Assembly (NCBI RefSeq): GCF_006345805.1
Contig: NW_021824349.1
Location: 1 to 18,986, forward strand
DNA: 18,986 nt
Direction of reading: 5' to 3'
Origin: Octopus sinensis
Taxonomy: Eukaryota
Part shown: positions 10,801 through 18,986 of the stretch, one piece after another
How positions within the stretch are numbered: the first letter of the stretch is position 1
Layout of the letters: each line of letters opens with the position of its first letter
Translations under genes and position numbers: made by a program
Notes under the pieces: generated by a model
The model's input: only the letters and a program-made list of their open reading frames with translations
The model's database searches: none
What the model was told of the DNA's origin: nothing

Positions 10801-13800
10801 ACCATCCATAGTCATTCTTTTTCTCACTCTTGTTAGATTTTAGATGATATTAATGCTAAAAGAGGCACAGTTTTCTGAGTGTTTCACCTTTGGTCTTGAT
10901 TGTTGCGTTCAAATTATTTAATGAAAGATAGTCATTGTTATTTGACCAGGAAATGAATTAATCATTAGTATTTGGCAGTGGACTTGGTTATATCTTTCTT
11001 CGTTTGCTCATGGAACTACCATAATATTAGCTGTGCTGAGACACAATCATATTCATAGTAATGAAGGTTATATGTTCTTTACTCAGATTATATACAATCT
11101 ATATTGATATCTAGTATTGCACCGTCAAGCACAGTGCCATTTCATCACATATATACCCAATTATCATGATAATTAATAAGCTATAATTCATTAACTCTCT
11201 TACATTTGTATGTATGAAATGGTAACTTATGTTGTCATAGGAACATCGTGTACCCTCACCTTACATTTATATCTTGTTAGGGATCATGTTGGGGAAGGGT
11301 GTATGGAATTTGGCTTGTGGAGATGATTTTAAGGGGACAGATTGTGTGCGGGGTGGGGTATGCACATAAAGGACATGTCTTTAGGGCTCAGTTTTACTTA
11401 ATTAGAGAGGAATGTTGATTAGTGAATTCAGAGATGAGAGGACTGTGCCATGCCATAGATTGGCACAGTTATAAGAAAAGAAAGACAAAGCTAAGAGAAA
11501 ACTCTTATCAAGTGTTAATTAAATGAGATAATTGCAACATTGTTAGAATATTTAATGTGTTTCTTTCTAGAGAGAGAGAGAGAGAAGGGGTGGATTTAGA
11601 AATGTTAGTCTGTTTTATTGTGGACATATTGGCTATTACATGGGACCACTGTAGAAAGTACAGAAATATTGACCAAAACCATAATGGTCAACAGTTGACC
11701 AGTAACACAGAAATTGAATGTCTCACATTGTGAGGACAGGTGTGTACAAACAGAGGCTACATGTCAGGAATTAGGGGCTGCATCTCAGGCAATAGTGAGT
11801 ATAAAATAATAGTTCCCAATTGATTTCTGTAAGGTTTTCTTCCCCGAGTATATTGTGCTTGAAAGAATAACTGAAAACAGCCTTCCTTTCCTATTTTCCA
11901 ATTGAACAATTATCTGTATAATAATTGTATTAAAGATATCGATTTACTGAGTTTATGAAATACCCATTGAGTTAATGCTGTTGGTAATAATGTTCAAATT
12001 AGAAGACACAATAGAGTTAATTTTGTCATTTGGTCACAGAACTCATCACATCATCATCATCATCATCATTTAACATCCGTTTCTTATGGTGGCATGGGTC
12101 GGACGATTTCACTGGTAAGGCAGTAGGCTGCGTCAGCCTGCAATGTGATCTGCAAGGTTTCCACATATGTATGCCATTCCTAACGACACCACTTCGAGAG
12201 TGTGGTGGGTGCCTTTTACGTGCCACCGACACAGGAGCCAGTTGAAGTTGGGACTGGCATTGTCCAAGTTCGGAAGTTACTTTTTATGTGCCACGGCACA
12301 GGGAACCAGTCAGGCGGCACTGGCAACAACAATGTTTGAATGGTACTATTATGTGCCACCGGCACGGGTGCCAGCCAGGCGGCACTGGCATCGGCATAAT
12401 TACAATTTCCTTTTGATTTCGATCTTAATTTATTTGATTTGTGATTTCTGGTTTTTGTTTTACTTGACTCAGAAATTCTTCTCAAGCGCACTTATCACTC
12501 TGTGATTCAAGGGTACTTTTAAAAAGGGCTGGTTATTGACCACTGGTATATGCTACAGCTCTGATCTCACTCCTCACTTGCCGGGTCCTTTAATCACATC
12601 ATATTTCCAGAGGTCTCTGTCCCTCTTGCATTACCTCTGTGAGGCCCAACGTTCGAAGATCGTTTCAACCACGTCATGCCCTGTCTTCCGGGTCACCCCT
12701 TTGCAAGGGTTCTTTCCACTCTTAGGGTGTAACGCTTCTTCCAACAGCTCTCCTCATCCAATACCATGAACATACCAGTGCAATTGTTCTCCTTCTACAC
12801 CACATCTGATGCTTCTTAGGTCTAACACTTCTCTCAGGTCCTCTTCACTCTGCCTTGTGTGGACACTGACATCGTTTGCGTTCAATTATTTATGAAAGTT
12901 AGTCATTGTTATTTGACCAGGAAATGAATTATCTTAGTATTTGGCATGGACTTGGTTATATCTTTCTCTCGTTTGCTCATGGAACTACCATAATATTATT
13001 AGCTGTGCTGAGAACAAATCTATATTCATTGTAATGAAGTTATATGTTCTTTACTCAGATTTAATACAATCTATATTGATATCTAGTATTGCACCGTCAA
13101 GCACAGTGCCATTTACACATAACACTTGCGTCGGAAATTAATTAGCACTTCTCAAATTTGTACATTCTTACATTTTCTTAATTTAATTAACTTATTATCA
13201 GAAACGAACTCGTTTTAATCAAAAATTTATTAAAACATATCCCAGCACACCACAATTGATATTAATCGTGAAATTTAGTCAATATCTTGTTGCTCCTCCT
13301 TTGGCAGGCATGAAGCTGCTACGCGGGTGCATGCTGTCTATGAGTGCCTGCAGGTACTGTGCAGGGATGGCCCCTCATGCAGCAAAAGAAGTGCCCCAAA
13401 CAGCAGTCGTTCGGTTCCTGATTGCTGCACATTCAAATCCCTACCCAATCGACTCCAGAGGTTCTCAATAGGGTTCGGTCATGTGGACTGGCCAGCACGT
13501 ACTCTCTCGCCACCAAAGAGGTATCCCGTATATCTCAACGTACTTTGCTGCGTTATGTTGCTTCGACGGCATAGAGCCGCCCAACACAACTGTAGCTGAA
13601 CGCCCCCACTCACACCATCCAGACCACCCCACCATGCTTCATGGTGAGCAATCAAGGGTGCTAATTAATTTCTGACGGTAGTGTATATACCCAATTATCA
13701 TGATAATTAATAAGCTATAATTATTAACTCTCTTACATTTGTATGTCTGAAATGTAAACTTATTTGTCATAGGACATTGTGTACCCTCACCTAACATTTT

Positions 13801-14382
13801 ACAATTGTTAGGGATCATGTGGAGATGATTTCAGGGACAGATTGTGTGCGGGGTGGAGGGTATGCACATAAAGACATGTCTTTATGACCTCAGTTTTACT
13901 TAATTAGAGAGGAATGTTGATTAGTGAATTCTAGAGATGAGAGGACTGTGCCATGCCATAGATTTGGCACAGTTATAAGAAAAGAAAGACAAAGCTAAGA
14001 GAAAACTCTTATCAAGTGTTAATAAATGAGATAATTAGTACGTTGTTAGAATATTTAATGTGTTTCTAGAGAGAGAGAGAGAGAGAGAGGGTGGATTTAG
14101 GAAGGTAGTCTGTTTTATTGTGGACATATTGAGCTATTACATGGGACCACTGTAGAAGTACAGAATATTGACCAAAACCATAATGGTCAACATTTGACCA
14201 GTAAGGTCAGAAATTGAATGTCTCACATAACAAGATAGAGATTAATAAAAATAAAGATACAGACTTTTTAATATCAAATGTAAAACTTGGAAATATTTAT
14301 TTCAGGGGCTCCAAAGTCTGAAGACAGTGTGTAAAAAAGAGGCTACATGTCAGGAATTAGGGGCTTGCATCTCAGGCAATTG
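1481..14382 (+). CDS. MIB2-like: Partial multi-exon gene (5' end upstream of the window): Mind bomb-like ankyrin-repeat + C3HC4 RING E3 ubiquitin ligase; frameshifted as assembled; 3' extent uncertain
   Basis: Joined exons with two 1-nt corrections give ...KTLQCKDLIQ|GSVQLDIQNNQKRTPLLEAVSQCHLGMTHLLIALGADINAVDGEGNSCLHLAMA...|...VARYLASQGADFHHKNNKNNTPLDLIKDPNLRRKLKAFLPPQ|CLLCRNKEATTKVHPCGHLLTCEECSNVPLKRCLRCLKPVTSRGRV. This is colinear with the last ankyrins and RING1 of MIB1/MIB2 as recalled (GNANLDIQN...; [42 protein letters not shown]). Probably a lineage-specific paralogue rather than the orthologue. Confidence 0.8.
1650..1963 (-). mobile_element. Degenerate tRNA-derived SINE with internal (CA)n tract
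   Basis: gcggccatgctggggca...atcgatcccagtactt...gttgaaccact, then (CA)n at 1765-1796, then cagcccaaggcaagagtagaatatacttgcc...ggttgggaaa. This resembles the reverse complement of a recalled octopus SINE with its tRNA-like head near 1900-1963. Confidence 0.65.
1977..2220. repeat. Compound (TCTA)n/(TCTG)n/(TA)n microsatellite
   Basis: Seen directly in the sequence. Confidence 0.95.
2225..2735 (+). mobile_element. Penelope-like element relic (Naiad-like): ~125-135 bp imperfect inverted repeats around an ORF N-terminus
   Basis: 2225-2346 is an imperfect reverse complement of 2601-2735 (gggattaccct, gcctaagacctcttc, ggaaaagcc). Internal ATG at 2485 gives MKEFDLGYSSNNIPTSSNELYTRMQLEKLLDVIRRMR*RAF, like the recalled YSxKNIP...Y...L..K...I+RMRWKAxF N-terminus of Naiad-type PLE ORFs. 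Flanked by TA-rich sequence. Confidence 0.65.
2902..3030. repeat. (TATG)n + (CA)n microsatellite
   Basis: Seen directly in the sequence. Confidence 0.95.
3064..3412. repeat. Nested imperfect inverted repeats (foldback/MITE-like element)
   Basis: Inner hairpin 3247-3330 (tcgcttggcatgttgttg...caacaacataccaagcga), middle arms 3118-3152 / 3341-3374, weak outer arms 3064-3073 / 3403-3412. Confidence 0.7.
3470..3571. repeat. (TC)n + (TA)n microsatellite
   Basis: Seen directly in the sequence. Confidence 0.95.
3572..3938 (+). mobile_element. Penelope-like terminal-repeat remnant: near-perfect 120-bp inverted repeat inserted in (TA)n
   Basis: Left arm 3572-3695 and right arm 3722-3841 differ by one substitution and a 4-nt indel, with a 26-nt spacer. 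(TA)n lies on both sides (to 3571 and from ~3937). Contains a hammerhead motif typical of PLE pseudo-LTRs. Confidence 0.75.
3716..3758 (+). ncRNA. Minimal type I hammerhead ribozyme motif (PLE-associated)
   Basis: CCAC (stem I 5', 3716-3719), CUGAAGA (3720-3726), UUGUC-gaucaa-GACAA (stem II, 3727-3742), GAAA (3743-3746), CAAUUG (very short stem III with palindromic loop, 3747-3752), UA, GUGG (stem I 3', 3755-3758). The GUA triplet predicts cleavage after 3754. Confidence 0.75.
4417..4626 (+). CDS. MIB2-like: Ankyrin-repeat exon, 70 aa, phase 0-0 (GSVQLDIQ...APLDLLNE)
   Basis: Pyrimidine tract + AAG acceptor ending at 4416 and GTAAGT donor at 4627. Ankyrin motifs RTPLLEAV and LGADINAVDGEGNSCLHLA. 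Confidence 0.92.
4660..4721. repeat. (TG)n microsatellite just inside the intron
   Basis: Seen directly; explains the CVCV tail of ORF 4429..4845. Confidence 0.95.
5274..5352. repeat. (CA)n microsatellite
   Basis: Seen directly in the sequence. Confidence 0.95.
6276..6450 (+). CDS. MIB2-like: Exon encoding the last ankyrin repeat (CCTALNLKEDEMLSGVVVARYLASQGADFHHKNNKNNTPLDLIKDPNLRRKLKAF...)
   Basis: TTTGTAG acceptor ending at 6275 and GTAAGT donor at 6451; open frame resembling the final MIB ankyrin. It is 175 nt and ends in phase 1 while the next exon needs phase 2, implying 1 nt is missing, probably in the T-run at 6438-6441. Confidence 0.9.
7269..7309. repeat. (AAT)n microsatellite
   Basis: Seen directly in the sequence. 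Confidence 0.9.
7412..7800 (+). mobile_element. 5'-truncated CR1-like LINE 3' end (ORF2 C-terminus, frameshifted)
   Basis: Translation across frameshifts: WKISHQHCPNDVGISFKIYPRPGSRIICPQHKSNSHHITTIRQNYFTSSGPA/ITPKYIKAEKDP/IKFKKYLEK/LQEIPDKTPTPGYVPVNSNSLLEW. Matches the GP.LFN...FK..LD..L..IPD.P..PGY....SNSL tail of CR1-group ORF2. Ends at (TA)n 7801-7845. Confidence 0.72.
7846..8138 (-). mobile_element. Near full-length tRNA-derived SINE inserted in (TA)n
   Basis: Minus-strand 5' end tggaggtacaaTGGCCCAGTGGttagggcagcggactcgcggttgtaggatcacGGTTTCGATTCCc has A and B boxes at tRNA-like spacing. ~290 bp, with (TA)n on both sides. Confidence 0.88.
8203..8236 (-). mobile_element. Extreme 3' tail fragment of an RTE-related repeat
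   Basis: (CAT)n-ttaacatccgttt is the same as the tails at 12044 and 14633. Confidence 0.7.
8260..8450 (-). mobile_element. Possible second SINE remnant
   Basis: Minus-strand B-box GGTTCGATCC (8384-8393) within a T-arm-like stem agggg/cccct. No clear A box; boundaries are approximate. Confidence 0.35.
8854..8992 (+). CDS. MIB2-like: C3HC4 RING finger exon (phase 2 to 1) with a 1-nt deletion
   Basis: TCCACAG acceptor ending at 8853 and GTAAG donor at 8993. CLLCRNKEATTKVHPC is in one frame and HLLTCEECSNVPLKRCLRCLKPVTSRGRV in another. Adding one G at 8903 restores PCGH and all eight zinc ligands. Confidence 0.9.
10092..10142 (+). pseudogene. Mini-exon copy 1 (51 nt, phase 1-1): ESPKFEEKGVQTVAETV; donor reads ATGAGT instead of GTGAGT
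   Basis: ATTTCAG acceptor ending at 10091; open frame continuing the RING exon's phase 1; paralogous copies have GTGAGT at the equivalent position. Confidence 0.55.
11731..11794 (+). pseudogene. Mini-exon copy 2 (EDRCVQTEATCQELGAASQAI); acceptor and exon start deleted
   Basis: Aligns to 14319-14382. About 90 bp present in the next copy (14229-14318, including the acceptor) is absent here. GTGAGT donor retained at 11795. Confidence 0.6.
12044..12872 (-). mobile_element. 5'-truncated RTE-clade LINE (copy 1)
   Basis: (CAT)n tail at the left end, then a 3' UTR. The minus strand of ~12590-12872 encodes a degenerate RT C-terminus (VSVHTRQSE..LREVLDLRSIRCGV...LHWY...DLRTLGLTEV), like the RTE motif RLRWYGHV.RM...RGRPRKTW. 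Confidence 0.85.
13123..13683 (-). mobile_element. Internally deleted Tc1-family DNA transposon (561 bp)
   Basis: 26-bp TIRs at 13123-13148 and 13658-13683 (23/26 match), with TA at 13684-13685. Minus-strand transposase relics: TMKHGG..MV.GAFSY..VGRL, NPIENLWSRL, AIPAQYLQALIDSM, AKGGATRY*. The sister duplicate has an empty site (cacatatatacccaatt near 11147-11163). Confidence 0.9.
14306..14382 (+). CDS. Mini-exon copy 3 (consensus GAPKSEDRCVQTEATCQELGAASQAI); the only copy with both splice sites intact, net -1 indel as assembled
   Basis: TTATTTCAG acceptor ending at 14305 and GTGAGT donor at 14383. It is 77 nt versus 78 expected, with three 1-nt indels relative to copy 2. Confidence 0.55.
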
Positions 14383-14632
14383 GTGAGTATAAAATAATAG
14401 TTCCCAATTGATTTCTGTAAGGTTTTCTTCCCCGAGTATATTCTGCTTGAAAGAATAACTGAAAACAGCTTCCATTCCTATTTTCCAATTGAACAATTAT
14501 CTCTATAATAATTGAATTAAAGATATCGATTTACTGTGAGTTTATGAAATACCCATTGAGGTTAATGCTGTTGGTAATAATGTTCAAATTAGAAGACCAA
14601 TAGAGTTAATTTTGTCATTTGGTCACAGAACG

Positions 14633-15460
14633 CATCATCTTCATCATCACCATCATCATTTACATCCGTTTCTTATGGTGGCATGGGTCGGACGATTTCA
14701 CTGCAAGGCAGTAGGCTGCGTCAGGCTGCAATGTGATCTGGCAAGGTTTCCACATATGTATGCCATTCCTAACGCCAACCACTCCGAGAGTGTGGTGGGT
14801 GCTTTTTACGTGCCACCGACACAGGAGCCAGTTGAAGTTGGGGCTGGCATTAACCACGTTCGGAAGGTACTTTTTATGTGCCAACGGCACAGGGAACCAG
14901 TCAGGCGGCACTGGCAACAAACAATGTTTGAATGGTACTTATTATGTGCCACCGGCACGGGTGCCAGCCAGGCGGCACTGGCATCGGCCGTAATTACAAT
15001 TTCCATTTTGATTTCGATCTTGATTTGATTTTGATTTGTGATTTCTGGTTTTACTTGACTCAGAAATTCTTCTCAAGTGCAACTTATCACTCTGTGATTC
15101 AAGGGTACTTTTAAAAAGGGCTGGTTATGTGACACTGGTATATGCTACAGCTCGATCTCACTTCACTTGCCGGGTCCTCTTAATCACATCATATTTACAG
15201 AGGTCTCTGTCTCTTGCCATTACCTCTGTGAGGCCCAACGTTCGAAGGTCGTTTCACCACGTCATCCCCTGTCTTCCTGGGTCACCCCTTTCCACGGGTT
15301 CCTTCCACTGTTAGGGTGTAACACTTCTTCCCACAATTCTCCTCATCCATACCCATAACCATACCAGTGCAGTTGTCTCTCTTGTACACCACATCTGATG
15401 CTTCTTATGTCTAACACTTCTCTCAGGCCTCTTCACTCTGCCTTGTGTGCACACTGACAT
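14633..15460 (-). mobile_element. 5'-truncated RTE-clade LINE (copy 2, duplicated together with the unit)
   Basis: Same ends and flanks as 12044-12872. Minus strand reads LREVLDIRSIRCGVQERQLHWYG...MDEENCGKKCYTLTVEGTRGKG*PRKT...DLRTLGLTEVMARDRDLCKY. Confidence 0.87.
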
Positions 15461-16551
15461 CGTTGCGTTCAAATTATTTAATGGAAGTTAGTCATTGTTA
15501 TTTGACCAGGAAATGAATTAATCATTAGTATTTGGCAGTGGACTTGGTTATATCTTTCTTCGTTTGCTCATGGGACTACCATAATATTAGCTGTGCTGAG
15601 ACACAATCATATTCATGTAATGAAGGTTATATGTTCTTTACTCAGATTATATACAATCTATATTGATATCTAATAATGACCGAGAACAGTTCCAATGCTA
15701 GATTTCATTTGAATGCTTAGCTATAAAGAAATTCTGTTCTTCTACAACAACACAAATATCCAATAAATGTACTTTATGCAAACATCAGTTACTCATTCAC
15801 TCGCAGAAAGAAAGATACAAAAATTAAATATAAACCCTGAAACGGTTCTCTCCCGTTAAGGAGAATATTCGCCCTGTTTGTCATCTCATTGTACTCATTC
15901 ATTCTCTCTCTCTCTCTCACTCATGCTCTTTCTCTCTCTCATCTTTTCAAGAAGATGCTGGTTAAAAGTTTCAATACAATAAATGATATCATCTCATCCT
16001 TTCTCATCTGCTCTCCATGCTCCCATACACTAGGTGGGTCATCACTGTCCAAGTCAGTTGTATCTGAAATTACTGCCAACCGTCATTTGTTGAGAAAACA
16101 TCTCACTTAAACATTGCAGCTTTTCTAAGTGGTAGACCCTTTCTAACCCCAACCACTTATAAAAGGTCCTGGGTATATTTTATTGTCGCACAAGCATTAG
16201 AAATGATCATCAATTTCCCAACAATATGAAACGTTCCTTTCAAACTTGTGGTGTCATCTTTCCTAGTTTCCACCAACCACTTCCTAGTGTGTTCTGGGAG
16301 CATTTAATTATAGCACAAGTAGTAATCAAGTTGTGTTACATTCTATATAATTAGACGGTCCTCACTACTCTATGATGTTTTGGTTCACTGAAGCTGATGA
16401 CATTTTCAGGAGGTGAGAAGGGAATGTGATGACAAAAGAATCAGGATGCGAGGAGAGAAATTTGCAATACCCCTCTCCCGGCTGTGGGGTCTTTGTCTTA
16501 CATGTCTTTTGGCTAAATATGCCAGTACTTGTGCTTTACACAAAGGGGCCA

Positions 16552-16725
16552 CGTACACTCTGTGAGGTGGTTGGCATCAATAAGAGCATCCTACCATAGA
16601 AAACCATGCCAAAGAAACCATCTGGGGCCTGGTGCAGTTGTCTGGCTTGTCAGATCCTGTCAAGATTTCCAACCCATTCCAGCATGGAAAACAAACTTTG
16701 AATGTTGATGATGATGATGATGATG
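16552..16725 (+). mobile_element. RTE-related 3' UTR/tail fragment ending in (GAT)n
   Basis: acactctgtgaggtggttggcat...ccaacccattccagcatggaaaac...(gat)n is a diverged reverse complement of 14633-14800. Confidence 0.75.
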
Positions 16726-17632
16726 CTGTCTTCCAGTAACTCATCATAATTCTTTGTCTTAGATTGTTACAGTAGTTTCCTGTCTGGTATAAAATATTAG
16801 CTCAGTATAATAATATCGATTGTGGAAACCGGTTCAGTGATTTTGATAACATTCATATTGAACAGAGAACATATGTTCACATTTGAACAAAACATTGATG
16901 TTAACATATGCAATACATGGAAGGAATGAACGTATGAGATTCCAGTGTGACTTGAACTCACAACTCTTTTCTAACTATATATATATAATTTATCGCTTGT
17001 TACGATGTTTGAATAACGTCTACTGTCCATATATAGACATCGTTATACTGACAATTGTTGGCTTTGAGATGGTTTCAATTGTAAGAGAGTCACTGTTTTC
17101 CGTCTTTCACATTTTGGTTTTACTTCCGACTTGATTGTTATGTTGAAATTAGATCATGGAACCTGGTCATTGTTATTTGACCAAGAAAAGAATTCATCAT
17201 TAGTATTCGGTACTGGAAATGGTTACATTTTTCTATGGTTTCTCATGGAACTACCATAATATCAACTGTGCTGAGACACAACCATATTCATTGTAACAAA
17301 TGTCACATGTTCTTCACACAGATTTTATACAATCTATATTGATAGTTAGTGTTTTAAACGCCACATTAACATGATAATTAATCAGCTATCATTCATTAAC
17401 TCTCTTAAACTTGTCTGTCTGGAAGTTTCATAGCATTATCTTGTACCCTCATCTGATATTTTACACCTTGTTACCCTCAAAGTTAACATAACTTTTACAT
17501 GGGTACACAACCACATCCCTACGAACTAGTTTTTACAGCTGTATGCCCTTCCCACAATAATAAAGTGTTGATTATCAATAACTATAATGAAATTATACTA
17601 TAAAACGTAAAACTTGAAAATATTCATTTCAA

Positions 17633-17680
17633 AGACTCCAACTTCTGTGAAGGATGCCTTGACAACATCACAGCCAGTTG
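17633..17680 (+). pseudogene. Mini-exon copy 4 (48 nt, phase 1-1): ETPTSVKDALTTSQPV; acceptor reads TTTCAA instead of TTTCAG
   Basis: Upstream gtaaaacttgaaaatattcatttc matches copy 3 (gtaaaacttggaaatatttatttc); GTGAGT donor at 17681; open frame with length a multiple of 3. Confidence 0.55.
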
Positions 17681-18183
17681 GTGAGTAGCAAATAACAGTA
17701 CCTCATGGATTTCTATAAATTTAACCTTCACCTGAGCATTTGTAGTTTATCAGAATGACTGAGGACAAGATCCATTCCTAATTTACATCTGAAATATTAG
17801 CTGTATAATAATTATTAGACATTTTGATATCAATGGAATTTCACAAAATATCCAACGGGGTTGGCATGGTTCGGAAAATGGATAATTTAGAAGACAATAG
17901 AATTAATACTGTATTTTGAAACGGAGGACTAAAATATGTAGTTACTAAGTTTACTGATAGGTTATTGCTGTTGTTGCTATTTAGGCAAATATCTCTCATA
18001 ATGTGACAGATTTACAATGAAATGTGTTCCTTATGTGAACACCCTGCCTTTTTTTTTTCACTGATAATAAATTTATCATTACATCCCCTAAACATTGTCT
18101 TTATCCATGTAAAAGCATTAGGTTTGATGTTGAGACAACCGTTCTCTCTCTCCCTCTCTCTCCAAGATAGACACTGATGACCC

Positions 18184-18380
18184 TCATCATTTATCATCTG
18201 ATGTCTATGCTCCTATCGATTGGATGGATGATTCCTATCCATGTCAGTTCTTATTAACAATACTGTCCGCCTTGATTGGATGAGGAACACATTCCGGCTT
18301 TTCTATGGTGATGTGCCTTTCCTAACATCAACCACTTTAAAAAGGGCCTTGGGCACAATTTTGCTCCAAAAGCCCTAGAA
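18184..18380 (-). mobile_element. Old RTE-related tail fragment (a similar one lies at ~16120-16200)
   Basis: catcattta... and gcctttcctaacatcaaccact resemble the 3' UTR at 14633-14790. Confidence 0.45.
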
Positions 18381-18421
18381 AAATGATCATGTCGTCAACA
18401 AAATAAACGCTCCTCTTTAAC

Positions 18422-18986
18422 TTCTACAAGGAAATTCTGTTTGCAGATACTGAGAACAGAAAGCTAAAATACAATAAAGATGAACTGGATGGATATATGC
18501 AGGAGATCCAAAGCAAAAGCAATGATTCCCATTCATAGACAGTTTGAAATGTCCATTGAAACCAGCAATCAAACTACCGATTGATTAGTTCAGACTAATT
18601 TCAACCTTGAATATAAATGGCAAGATTTACAAGGTTGTATTCACAAAGAGATCAACTGTAAATCTACAGAATAATGAATATGGAACTAAAAGTATCTCGA
18701 AGACTGGAATCCTCTGGCATTCCTGGCTGTGTGGAACATGTGTCTTAAATCTAGGATGTGATACAAGACGGAAAGAAGATTAAAAGGGATTGAATGTTGT
18801 GTGATTTGATCTGGTTTATGGTTCTCTAGCAAACAAATTGTTGATGGAAGCAGTGGACCTGTTTTATATATGAGAAAAGATTAAGGATCTGATGAGGAGC
18901 TGCTATAACAATTTCGATATGCAGTTCATGAGGAAAACTTTCTCGGCAGACTGGTATCATTTTGAAACGGGAATTGCTGTAGTTTC
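18422..18986 (+). mobile_element. Degenerate HERO/R2-superfamily non-LTR retrotransposon reverse transcriptase, running off the window
   Basis: From 18580: ID*FRLISTLNINGKIYKVVFTKRSTVNLQNNEYGTKSISKTGI/GIPGCVEHVS*I*DVIQDGKKIKR/LNVV*FDLV/YGSLANKLLMEAVDLFYI*EKIKDLMRSCYNNFDMQFMRKTFSADWYHFETGIAV. Colinear with recalled HERO RT motifs QFRPISLLNVEGKI, GCVEH, VVWLDLANAYGSVPH and W..LE.GI. Contains many stops and frameshifts. Confidence 0.85.

Larger units (their letters stand above)
9840..18003 (+). repeat. Intragenic tandem array of an intron + mini-exon unit (four exon-bearing copies of differing age)
   Basis: Marker gtcattgttatttgacca occurs at 10931, 12902, 15491 and 17166; marker ctattacatggg near 9922, 11633 and 14133. 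Near-identical copies are 10902-12872, 12874-15460 and partial 15462-15672. Diverged copies are ~9840-10900 and ~16850-18003. Confidence 0.93.

Noticed and set aside
12026-15358. Multiple 60-140 aa ORFs in the duplicated region
   Set aside because: They overlap RTE 3' UTRs, antisense RT relics and the Tc1 relic, and their frames are not preserved between the duplicate copies.
18447-18538. Possible terminal exon after TTTGCAG (18440-18446) reading DTENRKLKYNKDELDGYMQEIQSKSNDSHS*
   Set aside because: The phase would fit, but the segment is more simply explained as part of the HERO relic and the pyrimidine tract is weak. Exonisation cannot be excluded without RNA data.

Overview
AT-rich, microsatellite-dense eukaryotic DNA whose repeat content resembles octopus (cephalopod) genomes; the organism is an inference from recalled repeat families. 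The window holds the 3' part of a spliced + strand Mind bomb-like (MIB1/MIB2-like) ankyrin + RING E3 ligase gene, with exons at 1481-1512, 4417-4626, 6276-6450 and 8854-8992. Two 1-bp deletions break the frame, so this is either an assembly error or a pseudogene. No second RING exon is visible after RING1. Instead there is a tandem array of a ~1.7-2.6 kb intron+mini-exon unit with four mini-exon copies (10092, ~11731, 14306, 17633), each carrying a different splice or frame defect. The introns contain two Penelope-like inverted-repeat elements (one with a minimal type I hammerhead ribozyme motif at 3716-3758), a nested foldback element, tRNA-derived SINEs, CR1-, RTE- and HERO-type LINE relics and a deleted Tc1 transposon. 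Nearly all supplied ORFs are repeat artefacts.
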